Shown: positions 1 through 13,514 of the stretch, in pieces
Position numbering within the stretch: the stretch's first letter is position 1
How the letters are laid out: each line of letters starts with the position of its first letter
Assembly: GCF_001194135.2 (NCBI RefSeq)
Contig: NC_068983.1
Location: 108,585,234 to 108,649,233 of the forward strand
Direction of reading: 5' to 3'
Source: Octopus bimaculoides
Lineage: Eukaryota
DNA: 64,000 nt
Program-made: the position numbers and the translations under genes
Notes under the pieces: model-generated
What the model saw: only the letters and a program-made list of their open reading frames with translations
Databases searched by the model: none
What the model was told of the DNA's origin: nothing

Positions 1-204
1 CAATATCATTTACTTATCTATCTATCTGTCCACATATATATTCAAACGCATATGTATATGCTTATTACACATACACATGCACACAAACACATACACACAT
101 GCATATATACACAATTACACACATACAATACACACATATATATATATATACACACACACTATGTGTGTGTGTGTGTGTGTGTGTGTGTTTTATGTATAAT
201 ATAT
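1..204. repeat. Compound (CA)n/(TA)n/(TG)n microsatellite
   Basis: Dinucleotide runs are directly visible; they explain ORF 52..279. Confidence 0.9.
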
Positions 205-548
205 ATTCAGTTGACTTTCAGTTCTGCCTGTGTTCTTGAGCACATTGGCCAGCCAAGTGATGCCACTTATTTCTGTTGACTGTAGCTTTCTCTGCATTTG
301 CCTCTTATATGTTAGTTATGAATGTTTTGTGCTATATAGTCCTATTTTCTTTCTTTTTCCCTCCATTTGAAGGCAGTTTTAGAATGGCTTTAGAATGGCA
401 TGTCCTGGTAGCCAGAGTATGTGTCCTACTGGTATTAATCTTCATTTTGTGATGATTTCACCGAGTGGTCTTGTCTTGGCTCTCTTTACAGTGTCTTCAT
501 TGGATAGGTCACCTTTCCAGTACACTCTCAGTGTATGATTATGTAAAG
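205..548 (-). mobile_element. Decayed 3' end of an RTE-clade LINE
   Basis: The minus strand reads ILRVYWKGDLSNEDTVKRAKTRPLGEIITK*RLIPVGHILWLPGH, matching the RTE ORF2 C-terminal pattern (W.D.VSNEE...RRL...GHILR). It runs into the microsatellite tail. Confidence 0.65.
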
Positions 549-2884
549 AATCTTATTCACAATAAAGACTGACACCTATCAGAAATTATGCAAAAATAAA
601 CGTTAATGTTGAAGAATTGCATTATAGTGAGAACTATTTAAAAGTTATTTGTCAGTCCAAGGTTTTTTTAAAGTATTCTATAGTGATTTTTCATATATTT
701 AAAAGTATAATAAAATATTCATTATAACTTATAACAATCAATATTGTACAATATCAAATTAATTCAGCAATAGCATACTAATTAGAATAATTTAATTACA
801 TTGTATCTCAGTCAGATGTCTATACACATTGAAGAGTTTCATCAACAGTACTGAATTGGATAACAATCCTAAAGAAGACAGTGTTCCTAAGTCTGATTAT
901 AAAAGTCTAAATGTGTCTGTAATATTAATCTATTTTACTGCTACGATCAGAAAAATTCTGTGAGCTCTCAATAGACATCTCTGATAAATTACCTTCATGA
1001 ATAGAAGTTATGTAGCTATGATCTCTGAACAGTTTTTGCTATTTATTGCAAGGGTTTTGATCTTATATGAAGCAGTTACTATATTATATTGCAGTTCAGT
1101 AGATCATGTTGTTCTCAGTTATGTACTATAAGATGTTTATGAGCTTATGACAGGAAATAAGTTAACAATGATTTGTTAGTGGTTTATGTTGCACCTTACC
1201 TAAGAATGACAAAGCATGTAGTGTGATCCAAAAGCAAACTGAAGTATGACATATACAAACAATTTATTGGTTATCTGTCATATGTCTACTCAAATATTGG
1301 ATATACTTAAAAATTGTATATACTTAATAATCATAAGTCCATCATCAGTATTACCACAACAGCAATGGGAGAAAACATGGGGTTGTTTCTAGAAAACTAA
1401 AAAAATGACACTATTATGATCATTTCACATAGATGTATCATAATTAGCAGCAAAAATATTTATCACACTTAACAATGACTTTCTATGCTGTATCCACTTC
1501 TAGCTGTCTTGTATATAGCTAGTTGCATGTTATTCTCCCCTTACTCTCTCTTTCAGATTTAGTTATCAGTGTTTCTATGATATGAGCTGTTTTAAGGTAT
1601 AACACAAAAGATAAATAAAGTTAGCCTTTATTAATGAGCAAAGTTAATTTATCTCTATAATCTCTGCCATTTATGTTTATAATTCAAAGATCATTTTTTG
1701 CCTTAGTTTCCTTGAGGATGCCTTATACATAAAATGTGAGTGCTTGTAGCCTTTAGTTTATTTTCATTCATTGAATATATTTAATAATTGTCAAGTAAAA
1801 GATTCATTTTTATAATAATATTATGAAGCTTTCTTTTGATTTGGTAATATAAATGACAAAAACATTTCCCTTTATTTATTTTTGTTATTAATAATTGTAA
1901 TAAGGTATGGATTTAGATATTCATTTATATTCACTATCCATGTGTTTTAAATAGAACATACAATTGTGTAAAAGTCCCTACCTTTCAACAATCTTATGAA
2001 TGTTTCAAACTCTGAAGTTTCCTTCACAGAAATAAAAAATCAATATACTTTTTGCATATGAATGATGTGCCATTTTCCTTCCAATACATTTCTTAGCAAC
2101 ATAAAATTCCCAGGAGCCATATGTTCACCTTTCTATGTTCTATAAAATATCATTGGTTGCTGAATACTCCTTTCTTTACAATATTGATAGTCACGCAATT
2201 TCTTTTTTCAGAAATAAACATTTCTTTCAAATTTTCTAATTTCAGAAACACAGATGGTCATGTAGAAAATTGGTATCCTGTAAGAGATACTTTAAACAAA
2301 GTCTTTGATTTTTATTTACAATCAATAATTTTATAGTATCTTACTGATTGATTTAAGTGTTAGTCTATATTTGTGGTATGATTTCTTCTCAGATAAATGT
2401 ACAGCAATATGGTGAAGTTTGTATGATTGGAAGAAATGACTTCTTAAATCTTTCATACTAATATTATCTTCCATAGTTTTTGCAATATGATTTAAGCTTT
2501 ACTATAACATATGAAATGTTTAAAAACAAATTCTGAGTGAATATCTAACTAGATTCATACCTATTTTTAAGCCTTATAATATGTATTCTATTTCTGGGTT
2601 ATATGTCTAATATAACACAACATTTTCATAAACATATTTTAATATACGAGAACTTCACTGCTTATGTTTGTTTTCACATATATCATCATTGTTTTGTTCA
2701 ATAAACAATTGTTTTTACACCTGCTTAAAAAATACAGGAAGTAGTGCTTCATTTAAATTATTAAAATTATTTATATATTTTCTCGCCCAGCTTTTATATT
2801 TTAAGATAGGTTTGAAATAAAAATTAAAATTACAAATATTACTGATATTTAAATGAATAATCAACAACTTCATTTTAACATCCA

Positions 2885-3078
2885 TTTTTTCAAACAGAGT
2901 TTGTTGAGGCAGATTTTCTACAGCTAGATGCCCTTCCTGTCACCAACATTCACCTGTTTCCAAACAAGAATATATTTCCTCATGGGCACACATATTCTCA
3001 GGGAATATTGGAAATGAAGGGCACTGCTTGTAGGATAGTAACAATCATTTTACAGCTATCACCTAGTGTCAAGACTAC
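2885..3078 (-). mobile_element. Short element carrying the RTE-type tail motif
   Basis: Contains ctacagctagatgcccttcctgtcaccaac, a variant of the motif in the RTE 3' UTR at about 45.0 kb. Confidence 0.55.
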
Positions 3079-3087
3079 ATACATATA

Positions 3088-3121
<34 letters not shown>

Positions 3122-3264
3122 NNNNNNNNNNNNNNNNNNNNNNNNNNNNNNNNNNNNNNNNNNNNNNNNNNNNNNNNNNNNNNNNNNNNNNNNNNNNNNN
3201 NNNNNNNNNNNNNNNNNNNNNNNNNNATATAATGAAAGAAGCCCATTATACTTATATATGTATG

Positions 3265-3350
<86 letters not shown>

Positions 3351-3352
<2 letters not shown>

Positions 3353-3505
3353 GGGCTTCTTTCAGTTTTTGTTTACCAAATCCATTCACAAAGCTTTAAT
3401 CAAAATGGGATAATGGTAGAAGACACTTGTCCAAAGTGTCATGCAGCAGGACTGAACCTAAAACTATGTGGTTGAGAAGCAAACTTCTTACGACACAGCC
3501 ACACC
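3351..3505 (-). mobile_element. tRNA-headed CORE-type SINE
   Basis: Reverse complement of the copy at 10020-10174 (agaagacacttgtccaaagtgtc...actgaacc...aaacttcttac), adjacent to a (TA)n/(GATA)n tail. Confidence 0.8.
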
Positions 3506-3909
3506 ATCAAAAGCAATAAATTACTTAATATTTGAGGCTTCTCTTAATAATGTAATTAAAATCACTATGCCTGTTTGGGATTAATCATTAGCATTAATCA
3601 TTTTACTGACAGGTGTGAAAATTACCTTAAAAAAGGCTAAGTTAGAATAAGAATGAAAAATATGCTCACTAAAGAATTTAAAACCATCTTAGGCCTTAAA
3701 GCTATTATAAAGCAATCTTATATTATACATTTGAGAGATTCTTTTATAGAGATGATCTAGTTCTTTTCCCAGTATCACTTCTGCAAACGAAGGTGAAACC
3801 GTGAAAACTTGGGTCAAATGGTATTGTCATTATTTTCCAAAATGTTTCGAATAGATGATTTTTATTTTTGATTTATCCCTCTTACATGTAGATTATAAAC
3901 AAACACCCC

Positions 3910-4260
3910 ATCAAAGGGATTCAAATGTAGCAAGGCCACTGAGAAGAATGAAATCCAGCCTGAGGCTTTAAAAGCCTTAAACAGAGAAGCCATTCTCTGG
4001 CTGACTTGTGTATGCCAAGTTGCTTGGACCTTTGAAAATATACCGTAGCAATGGCAATCCAGTGTGATGATCCAGTATTCAAAAGGGAGACAAAAGAGAG
4101 TGCTCTAATCATAGAGGATCCTTCTTGGCTCTCCCCAGCAAATTTTGTGTCAGCTGTATGGAAAAGAAATGAAGGGATATTGTCAAGCTAACTAAACTAG
4201 CTAAATAGCATATAGTTTTCATCCTGGATGCAGCACAACACACCTGATTGCTTTATGGAT
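3910..4260 (+). mobile_element. RTE (Expander/Rex3-like) RT N-terminal fragment, decayed
   Basis: With a frameshift it reads EIQPEALKALNREAILWLTCVCQVAWTFENIP*QWQSSVMI..FKKGDKRECSNHRG, matching the RT-start motif W...V..P.FKKGD...C.NYRG. Distinct from the 43-kb family. Confidence 0.75.
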
Positions 4261-6500
4261 AAAGAAACAGGAAGGCAGAATGGCTAGCTTCCACTTTAAA
4301 AATTTTGGTGCTTTATACTATTTTGTGTTCAAAATACTAGTGAAAAATTTGCTGGTTGGGATAAGTAAGGAACTAATGATTTCTCTCTTCATAAAAAATT
4401 GGTCTTGTGCTTCAAAGAGAAAACTATTTTTTCACAAAAATAGTTCAGGCTACATGACAGTGACAATATTGTTTGATAATATTGTATACTGATATTGTAA
4501 AATAGGTGAGTGGTTGAACACAATTCAAATCAGAACATGTTTTTATATCCTTACTAGATAGCTTTTGAAATCATAGTCAATGGTTATTCAGATTCTGATA
4601 TAATAATATTTCACCATTTGCAAGATGAGATTTAATTTTCAGTAACAGTTTATCACATCAAAACAAATACATATCAACATAGAAAGTTTTACAAAATAAC
4701 AATATGAGTATTGCTACTTTGTTAAAAGCAAAGCAAAACAGAAACTTTTAAGGAATAACTGAAATCATGACATTACAAATATTGTCCAAATTCTACAGCA
4801 GCTCATTCAATAGCAAATGAATCAGTTATCTGAAGATTTGATTAAATTATTGACAACTCCTAACAATGTTTAACTTTCATTTAATAGGAAGTTGGCTAAC
4901 ATTAAGGTAGATAACTAGAATACCATTGTGCATCTTTTCCCCTATTTGCAAAAAAGAAATTAAATTTAGACATGAAATATTAATATTTTAACCCGTAAGA
5001 TTATAATTTTCTTCTGATTCTTTAATCTTTACATAACTGGGCAAGCTGGTAAGGGAATTTTCATACAGTAACTTAACTGGATCAGCTAAACATTTATAAA
5101 ACATTTCAAGTACTTCAGCACAGGTGACCAAGTCAAAATCTACTAAGGAGCAACAATAAAATTGACATAATTGACAAAAGTGATATAAACTAGCAGAGGA
5201 GTTGCAATGCAGCTGCTTCATCTTGCTGATGAGGTAATCCTCTTTCAATAACTCTATTGCTGTCATGAAACAATAAATACAAACCAAAGTTCATAAGACA
5301 CAATTTATATAAAGATAGAATGTCTATAACAAAAATGCTGGGAAAGGATAGTTTCTTTACTAATCTAATAATTGAAGGACACAGTAGTGTAGTCATGACC
5401 AACATTAATGTAAGGCTTGAAATAAGTAAATAGATCTATGAGATATTTTTATTATAAATATTGAATTATTTCATACAGTTTGAATGCTAAGGTAGAGCTG
5501 ACTGTAACTACTCTATAACAATAATATCAAAGAAACTAAATATTAAAAACACCAACGACTACGCATTTGACAGACCGAACACATCACTAAAATAATATGA
5601 ATATGATATTGTATTTTAGAGATGATTGACTTGCATTTAACATGCCTAGCTAACTTCTAGAAACGTATTTATGAGTACATTTACACATGCATATTTATCT
5701 TCCTCTTTACTACTCTTATACCATTCACTTTATTATTTCCGATCACCCACACATTTTATTAGTTATGTCACATAAGTTGTTTCTTAAAGCATTTACTGGC
5801 ACTTATCTCAAAAGAGAAAGAAGAAAAAATTGGGATATAAGAATGAAACATTAGTAAATGGTGCGTAGATAAACTGGAATGAAATATAAAGGATATGATA
5901 AAAAAAAACAAAAACTGTAATACTGGTAACTGTTAGACAATAAATAGCGCCTATAAAAGTGCATATGTTTCATAAGACTAAAAATATCTAATCACATATT
6001 TCAAACTGCTAAAATCTCAACTGAAGTTCCTTACAATTGAAGCAAATGCAATACAAATGCATGCACATTATTTTACTGCCACTGTATACAATCAAGTATG
6101 TGTGAGCATGTATGTATGTGCTTCATTTGCAAGAAATTTCTATATAGCATGACTTAGACATTGCTTGAACACAAATAGATATTTAAGCTTTCTTAATCGT
6201 ACCCATTCTTTATCACTATAGATTATTTATAAATGTTTGTCTGATATTAAAAGAATTTTATAATAAATATTATATTGCTGAACATAATTATTAGATAAAA
6301 GTTTTGAAGAATATTTCTCTAAAAATAAAAATTAAAGAAGGTAATGAAAATGAAATGTAAAACAGATACAAAATAACAATGATAATGGTTATGAATAGAA
6401 ACCAACTGACATTTCATACAAACACACACACACATATGCATATATATATGTATATATTGATATATATATATATATAATGTATGTATGTATATATGTATGC

Positions 6501-6562
<62 letters not shown>

Positions 6563-8315
6563 ACATATGTATACATACATATTCCAATGCCATATTTGAT
6601 TTCCTTTATTCATTATGTATTTGAACTTATATGCAATTCACAATTTTAATTTGTATACCGTATACTTAAAAATTAATTTACAGTATTGAAAAATTTGAAA
6701 GTATAAGTTCTTGATTCTAACATTGAACATTTAAGATAAGCATCTGGTTTATATTACCCGGAAATGTTTTCAAACGATTTTTTAAAAAATTTTCCTTTTA
6801 AGGAAAGGAATAATGTATCATATTCTTGGAAGGAATGTTTTCAATAGAAAATTTATAAATATTAATGAGCAAAAGGTATGATATGTTATCAGATAACCAT
6901 GTTTTGAAACTATTATAAACTTTCTTCTGTGAATTAGTATTTGTGTTAAATTTTACTGAATCTAAAACAAGATATCTAACATGAAATAGTGTGAAAAATT
7001 AGGTTTAAGGAAATTTCTTTAGATATTCTTAACCAAAATACTTATAGCAATTTATGATTAAAGATATTTTTTGCAAAATTATATCCTCTGTGTGAAAATT
7101 ATCATGATGAAAATATATCTTGAGATTATTTTCCAACTGACACCTACAAAAATTACAGGTAATGATTTCCTTAGTCATCTATCTTGAAGATATTGAAATA
7201 AAATGAAAATTCTAGTAATAGTTATATAAGTTATATATAATCACTGTGTGCCATTTTAGGGAGAAATCACTTGAGCCAAATGTTGTAGTGGACAATATGA
7301 GACTAAAATGCTATTCTTCACTGTGATGTACAAACCACAGTGAAATTATGCACAGAATTATGATCTTATAAGAACTGAATATACTAGTTTTAATGTAAGC
7401 ATATATATATATATAGATATATATAAATGCAGAGCAATCTTCAGCTGCATAAATACATAGAATTAAATTAAAACAGATGGACACATTAGTAAAATTTGAC
7501 CTAACTCTTCCAAGAATGTAAGGAGTTAGACAAAGCTCATGCTGTTTTCACTTCAGCTTAGAAGCTACTCAGGCATCAGGAAAAAAAAAAAACTAGTCAC
7601 TGATGCTTTTTGGGGTCAGCTTTAATTTATAGTCTAGTTTATCTTTATATATCAAAATCTCTGGCGGAAGAACAATGAACAGTGTCTGTTAGGGAAGGGG
7701 CCAAGTTAGTTGACAGAAATCATAGTGGGGATAGTCATAAAGCTAACAAGATTAATTTGAAGCAATATAGTGAGAAAGGAGCAAGACTCCAATAAACTAA
7801 TAAAGGGAATTTTATCATGGGGCGTTATAGTTGAATGATTTGAACACTATTACTATATTAAAATTTAGGGTTATCAAGAAAAGTTAATTAAGAAGAATAT
7901 TTTAACCAAAAAGGATAAAATTTTTGAATACTTTTAAGTATATCCCCCAAAAAAAAAAAAATTACCACAATGGAGGGAGGAAAGAACATTACATAGAAAT
8001 AGTTTAATATTAATATTATACACCCAAATATTAACTTATTAGATGGTGTCTATGAAGATTGATCATTGGCATTAACTGGCAGTTAATAAGCTGAAGTGAA
8101 AACAACATGATCTTTGTCTATTTCCTTACATTCTTGGAGGAGTTAGGTCAAATTTTACTAATGTGTCCATCTGTTTTAATTTAATTCTATGTATTTATGA
8201 AGCTGAAGATTGCTCAGCATTTAAATTGATGTAATGATTGCATTGTTCAATTAAATGGAGTCGCTCAAAACGATCGTACCACATTACTTCTGGATATCCT
8301 GTTGCTTATTTTGAT

Positions 8316-8353
<38 letters not shown>

Positions 8354-8397
8354 CATGCACATATATAAATGTATATAATAGACACACTCATATTGAT

Positions 8398-8719
8398 AGG
8401 CATGTGGCTCACTTGTTATTGTATTTGACTCACGGTTGTAAGGTCATAAGTTGAATCCCTGGTGACTTGTGTTCTTGAGCAAGACACTTTATCTCACATT
8501 ACTCCAGTCAACTCAGCTGGCAAAAAATGAGTGGTACCCTTATTTCAAAGAGCCAGCCTTGTCACATTCTGTTTCATGCTGAATCTCCCTGAGAAGTATG
8601 TTAAGGGTACATGTGTCTTTGGAGTGCTCAACCACTTGCACATTAATTTCGTGACCAGACTGTTCCATTGATTGGATCAACTGGATCCCTCATTGCCATA
8701 ACCGACAGAGTGCCAGTTA
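8398..8719 (+). mobile_element. tRNA-derived SINE with central gttcttgagcaagacacttt domain
   Basis: Has A/B-box-like head remnants, and the central domain is shared with 9060-9385. Confidence 0.7.
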
Positions 8720-9059
8720 TATTGATAGTAGAAAGATACTTACATAGGCACATTCAACTGCACACACACCCACAAACAGAAATACATATATAGATACACA
8801 TATATGCATATAAACATACATATCAGATAAAGGGGTGTATACATACACACAGACATATAATTATGGTTAATATATATATATGTACTCATAGACATACATA
8901 GAGGTATATAGTACATATATAAGCATATGTGTATAAATACTGTGATGTAAACACCTCAATTAGACTGAATCTGCCAAAACATGATTATAGGAGCAGAGTT
9001 AATGATTCGTATATAACAATAAATAAGAAATGATGTCTAAGGTATATGCAAACAGAGAA

Positions 9060-9385
9060 GGTGCATGACTCAGTGGTTAGAGCATCAGACTCATAATCAT
9101 AAGGTAATGAGTTTGATTCCCTGACTGGGCTTTGTGATATGTTCTTGAGCAAGACACTTTATTTTACATTGTTCCAGCTCACTCAGCTGTAGAAATGAGT
9201 TGTGAAGTCACTGGTGCCTTGCTATATCGGCCTTTGCCTTTCCCTTGGTGTGGACAGGGGAGGCTGGTATGAATGGGTGACTATTGGTCTTCCATAAATA
9301 GCCTTTCCCAGACTTGTGCCTCAAAGGGGAACTTACTAGGTGTAATCTCATTGTCACTCATGACTGAAGGGGGTCTTAACCCTAT
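9060..9385 (+). mobile_element. tRNA-derived SINE (tRNA-like head, different 3' half from the 8.4-kb copy)
   Basis: Head gtgcatgactcagtggttagagcatcagactcataatcataaggtaatgagtttgattccc followed by gttcttgagcaagacactttatt. Confidence 0.75.
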
Positions 9386-10019
9386 TTATATGTAAACAGA
9401 AGTATATGGAAGTTTGAAGGTGTAGAATTGCCAAACCATGTATTCATTATAGGATAGCAACTTCAATAATATGAAAAAAATGGTTCAGGCATTAAATATG
9501 ATAGACTGGCAAGTTAAACTTTGACATATGTGAAGTATTTTTTAAACAGCAGAGTGCATAAAAGGCCCAATACATTATCTCTTTCTCCAGTGAAGCCAAA
9601 TTATGATTAGCCAATATAGGGAATTATACATTTGTATTGATAAAGGTTAAACTTTATTAGTGTAAGTTCAATATTCAAGTGTAAAGTTAGGTGTAGGTTA
9701 TCATATAGGAACTATTTAAAATTTAAGGTGCTAGCACCAATGGGAAAATAAGTATTTTCATAGATAGCAGAATGCTTGAATATGGTCCAATATATCATCT
9801 ATCACCAAAGTGGAAAGAGATAAGGTTAACAAGGCAGGGAATTATTCAAATGTATTGATCTAGGTAGTAGAATGCCTGGATATGGTTTGATACATTATCA
9901 TTAAAGTAAGACTAAATTATGGTTAATGAAGGTAGGGAATTAGCTAGCGAACATGATCAATTTAGATATAGGTGCTGGCATGGGTAAGAAACATATATAT
10001 ATATACACACACATATACT

Positions 10020-10171
10020 TAGGCATGGCTGTGAGGTAAGAAGCTTGCTTCCTAACCACATGCTTCAGTTCCACTGCATGCCACCTTGGGCAGGTGTCTT
10101 CTACTATAGCATTGGGTCAACTAAAACGTCTTGTTAGTGGATTTTATAGATGGAAACTGAAAGAAGCCCAT

Positions 10172-10174
<3 letters not shown>
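10020..10174 (+). mobile_element. tRNA-headed CORE-type SINE with long (TA/CA) tail
   Basis: taggcatggctgtgaggtaagaagcttgcttcc...caccttgggcaggtgtcttctactatagc...ggaaactgaaagaagccc; several copies occur in the window. Confidence 0.8.
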
Positions 10175-10210
<36 letters not shown>

Positions 10211-10327
10211 CACATATATATAAATATATATATATATACATATATATATATACTTATACATATATACATATATATACATATGTTTACATATATACATATA
10301 TATATATACACACACAAATATATATAC

Positions 10328-10376
<49 letters not shown>

Positions 10377-10457
10377 CACATAAATATATCAATATATAAA
10401 AATAAGACCCAGGGATCCAAGTAAAAGAACTTAAGCAGTGAACTCCCTCAGTTTGGA

Positions 10458-10497
<40 letters not shown>

Positions 10498-11056
10498 TAT
10501 TTGTTTTTGATGTCCAGATATAATAACAACAATTTTACATTAAACTGAAGGATTACTCAATACTTTACATATTCATATATTATTGGACCATGTAACAATT
10601 CAAAACTTTTATGATTCAAAATTGATACCAACTGGCTAGATGGTGTATATTTTGAATCATAAAATTTATGTTTCCCCAACAAATTTTACTATTGTATTAC
10701 ATAAAATTAAAATTCAATAGTGAATATGGTCATTAAAACATTGAATGAGTTTTTAATAATAATTAATGCATTTATTGTACGGTGTGTGCAAAATGTAATG
10801 TAAATTTTCCATAAAACATGTATCATTTTCTTGATATGAATAAGCTTGTACATCTAATCCTAGCTTCAAAAATCAGTAAGCTACAGATAATTAAGGAAAA
10901 AGTCTATTACTTTAAATATAGATGTGACATTTCAGCTAACAATGATATTAACATAGAATTATTGAATCATGTAGTGAAAAGAAAACTATAAAAGAAACCT
11001 GATAATCAAAATTAGAAACTCTAGTTTATTGAGAGTAAGAGAATAAGCTATAGGTA

Positions 11057-11510
11057 CATCATCATCATCGTTTAACGTCCGCTTTCCATGCTAGCATGGG
11101 TTGGACGATTTGACTGAGGACTGGTGAAACCGGATGGCAACACCAGGCTCCAATCTAATTTGGCAGAGTTTCTACAGCTGGATGCCCTTCCTAACGCCAA
11201 CCACTCAGAGAGTGTAGTGGGTGCTTTTACGTGTCACCCGCACGAGAGCCAGTCAGGCGGTACTGGCAATGGCCACGCTCAAAATGGTGTCTTTTATGTG
11301 CCACCCACACAAGAGCCAGTCCAGGGGCACTGGCAACGATCTCGCTCAAAAATCCTATGAAGGCCAGTCAGGCGGTATTGGCAATGGCCACGCTCAAAAT
11401 GTTGCATCCCATGCACCACCCGCACAAGAGCCAGTCCAGGGGCACTGGCAACGATCTCACTTGGCTTGCCGGGTCTTCTCACGCACAGCACATTTCCAAA
11501 GGTCTCGGTC
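11057..11510 (-). mobile_element. Young 5'-truncated RTE 3'-end copy with (GAT)n tail
   Basis: Homologous to 44550-45144. It retains CpGs, and 175 nt are near-identical to 34691-34865. Confidence 0.85.
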
Positions 11511-12748
11511 AGAAATCAGTAATCAATGCTAAAACTCTTGTGCAATATGCCATAACCAGTCTATTCCATCTGAGTAAATTATTGATGCTATTAGCCCCAT
11601 GGAAGGAGAAAAGCAAATATATAAGTTTTATTTCTGCATGAAATATTCTGTTAATTTAGGTACTGAAATATTGCTGCTCTGGCATTTTATGATGACCAGA
11701 TGTACACTACCTTCTTTTTGGTTATGGGACAGTGGTCGGGGTGAGGGTGGGGTAAATTATTCCTTTCTTTAATATTATTTTTCTGTATTTTATTGATTTA
11801 TGTTCCTAACTTAATTTTTTTTTTTTCAATCTATATGCATAACAATTTCTGCTTGTTACATTTTGTTTTTCTTATTTGCTATTGTTTTTCATGCTATCGT
11901 TCTTTAGGTAGCACTGTCTGTTTTGCTATCTTTTTCTATTTTCTATACTTTACTTAATTGTATTTCATTTTATTTCTGTATTTTATAACTGCAGTTGAAT
12001 GGCAATTTATATTATAGATTCGGTGTTTGTATTTGTACTTTCTACCTATAAGAGGTGTCAACTCAATGAAGATATAGAGCTAATGTTTGGCCTACCTTGT
12101 CTTATCTTCTGTTCTCAAGCAGCATTTATATTTTTGATACCGTTGATATCAACTGATTGAATGGTACTGTTCAGGTGTCAATACCATAATGACATCCATT
12201 AGGCAGCTGAAGATGAGATGTATATGTTTGTTGTGTCTGTTTATTTTTTATACGTTTTTAGTTATGAACCTTCAGTATCTTGTATTCTTATTGTTTCAGA
12301 TTGTCCTCCATTGAAATTTAGGTTCCAGTATGGATTAGACTTGTTCTGAGAATTTATAGTTCATGGTGATTTTGTTACATACACATTTTCATTCTCTGAT
12401 ACACATGCAAACATAAACATATTTATAATATATCCATTCTCTTATGAACTTAATAGATTATTTTTAGTATCTCATGTTTAAAAGTAGATAGCACAATGAT
12501 GAACATAAGATATTACATAAGGCAATAATGTTTTATTAAAGTATATCTAATATATTTTTAATGACCATATTTGATTTCTTATATTGTTGGCTTATTCAGT
12601 ACATAAATAGATACAAACATGTGCACACACAAGCATACACACACACACACACACAAACACATACATACACACACACACTTGTGTGTAAGTATGCAAATGT
12701 GGAAAAGTGAATGTTAAATGTTGATGATGCAGACATAGTGATGATAAC

Positions 12749-12914
12749 CAGGGCTAGGTCAAGGTACCAGCAACTCAGGCAGTTACCCAAGCCACCATAT
12801 GCTTTTTAGTCTACATTTTCAGTTTTTCTCCTTGTGAAAGTTTAAAAAAATAATACTTGTAAGGGTGCCGAAGTTCAGCTTGCCCAGGGACCACCAACCC
12901 AAGGGCTGGCCCTG
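12749..12914. mobile_element. hAT-type MITE, 166 bp
   Basis: Perfect 8-bp TSD ATGATAAC (12741-12748 and 12915-12922); imperfect TIRs cagggctagg / ctggccctg. Confidence 0.8.
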
Positions 12915-13057
12915 ATGATAACACAAATTCACGTTTACTTATCCTTATATAAAGTCTTATCATGATGATGGAACACAATAATAATGAAGGGCCTTCAACT
13001 TGTCTCAGAAAGTAAATAACTTTACTAGATTAATACATAAAAAAATATTATATATAT

Positions 13058-13100
<43 letters not shown>

Positions 13101-13152
13101 ATGTGTGTGCATGTGTGTGNNNNNNNNNNGTGTGTATGTGTGCATGTGTGTG

Positions 13153-13186
<34 letters not shown>

Positions 13187-13429
13187 GCTACTTATAGTTT
13201 ATATGCAGAAATTGTATAGTTCATCCAGCAGTTACAGTATTAGATGAACAGTGCAGATAATGGATGAGACCCAATAGAACAAAGGTTGATTCTTTAGTTA
13301 TTTCTGCTTGGTAATTGATATCTATTATTCAATTGTATGTGTTTTCATCTTTTGAGTATTTGTCTGAGTAGAAAGTACAAGAAAGGGATCACACATACAC
13401 ACAGTCTCTCTCTCCCTCCCTCTCTCTCT

Positions 13430-13463
<34 letters not shown>

Positions 13464-13483
13464 TTCTCACACACACACACACA

Positions 13484-13514
<31 letters not shown>

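Noticed and set aside
9060-9130. tRNA-like sequence
   Set aside because: The arms do not pair properly and it continues into a SINE body, so it is a SINE head and not a tRNA gene.
10121-10494. Long YI/CV/HT/RE-rich ORFs here and at 52, 3.0k, 6.3k, 13k, 17.4k, 35.9k, 45.2k, 49.3k and 54k
   Set aside because: They are translations of dinucleotide microsatellites that lack stop codons.
11115-11140. ctgaggactggtgaaaccgg as a hammerhead core
   Set aside because: There is no stem II, no U16.1 and no stem I; it is a chance match in the RTE tail.
11124-11641. GC-rich ORFs of 78-136 aa
   Set aside because: They are antisense readings of the RTE 3' UTR minisatellite.
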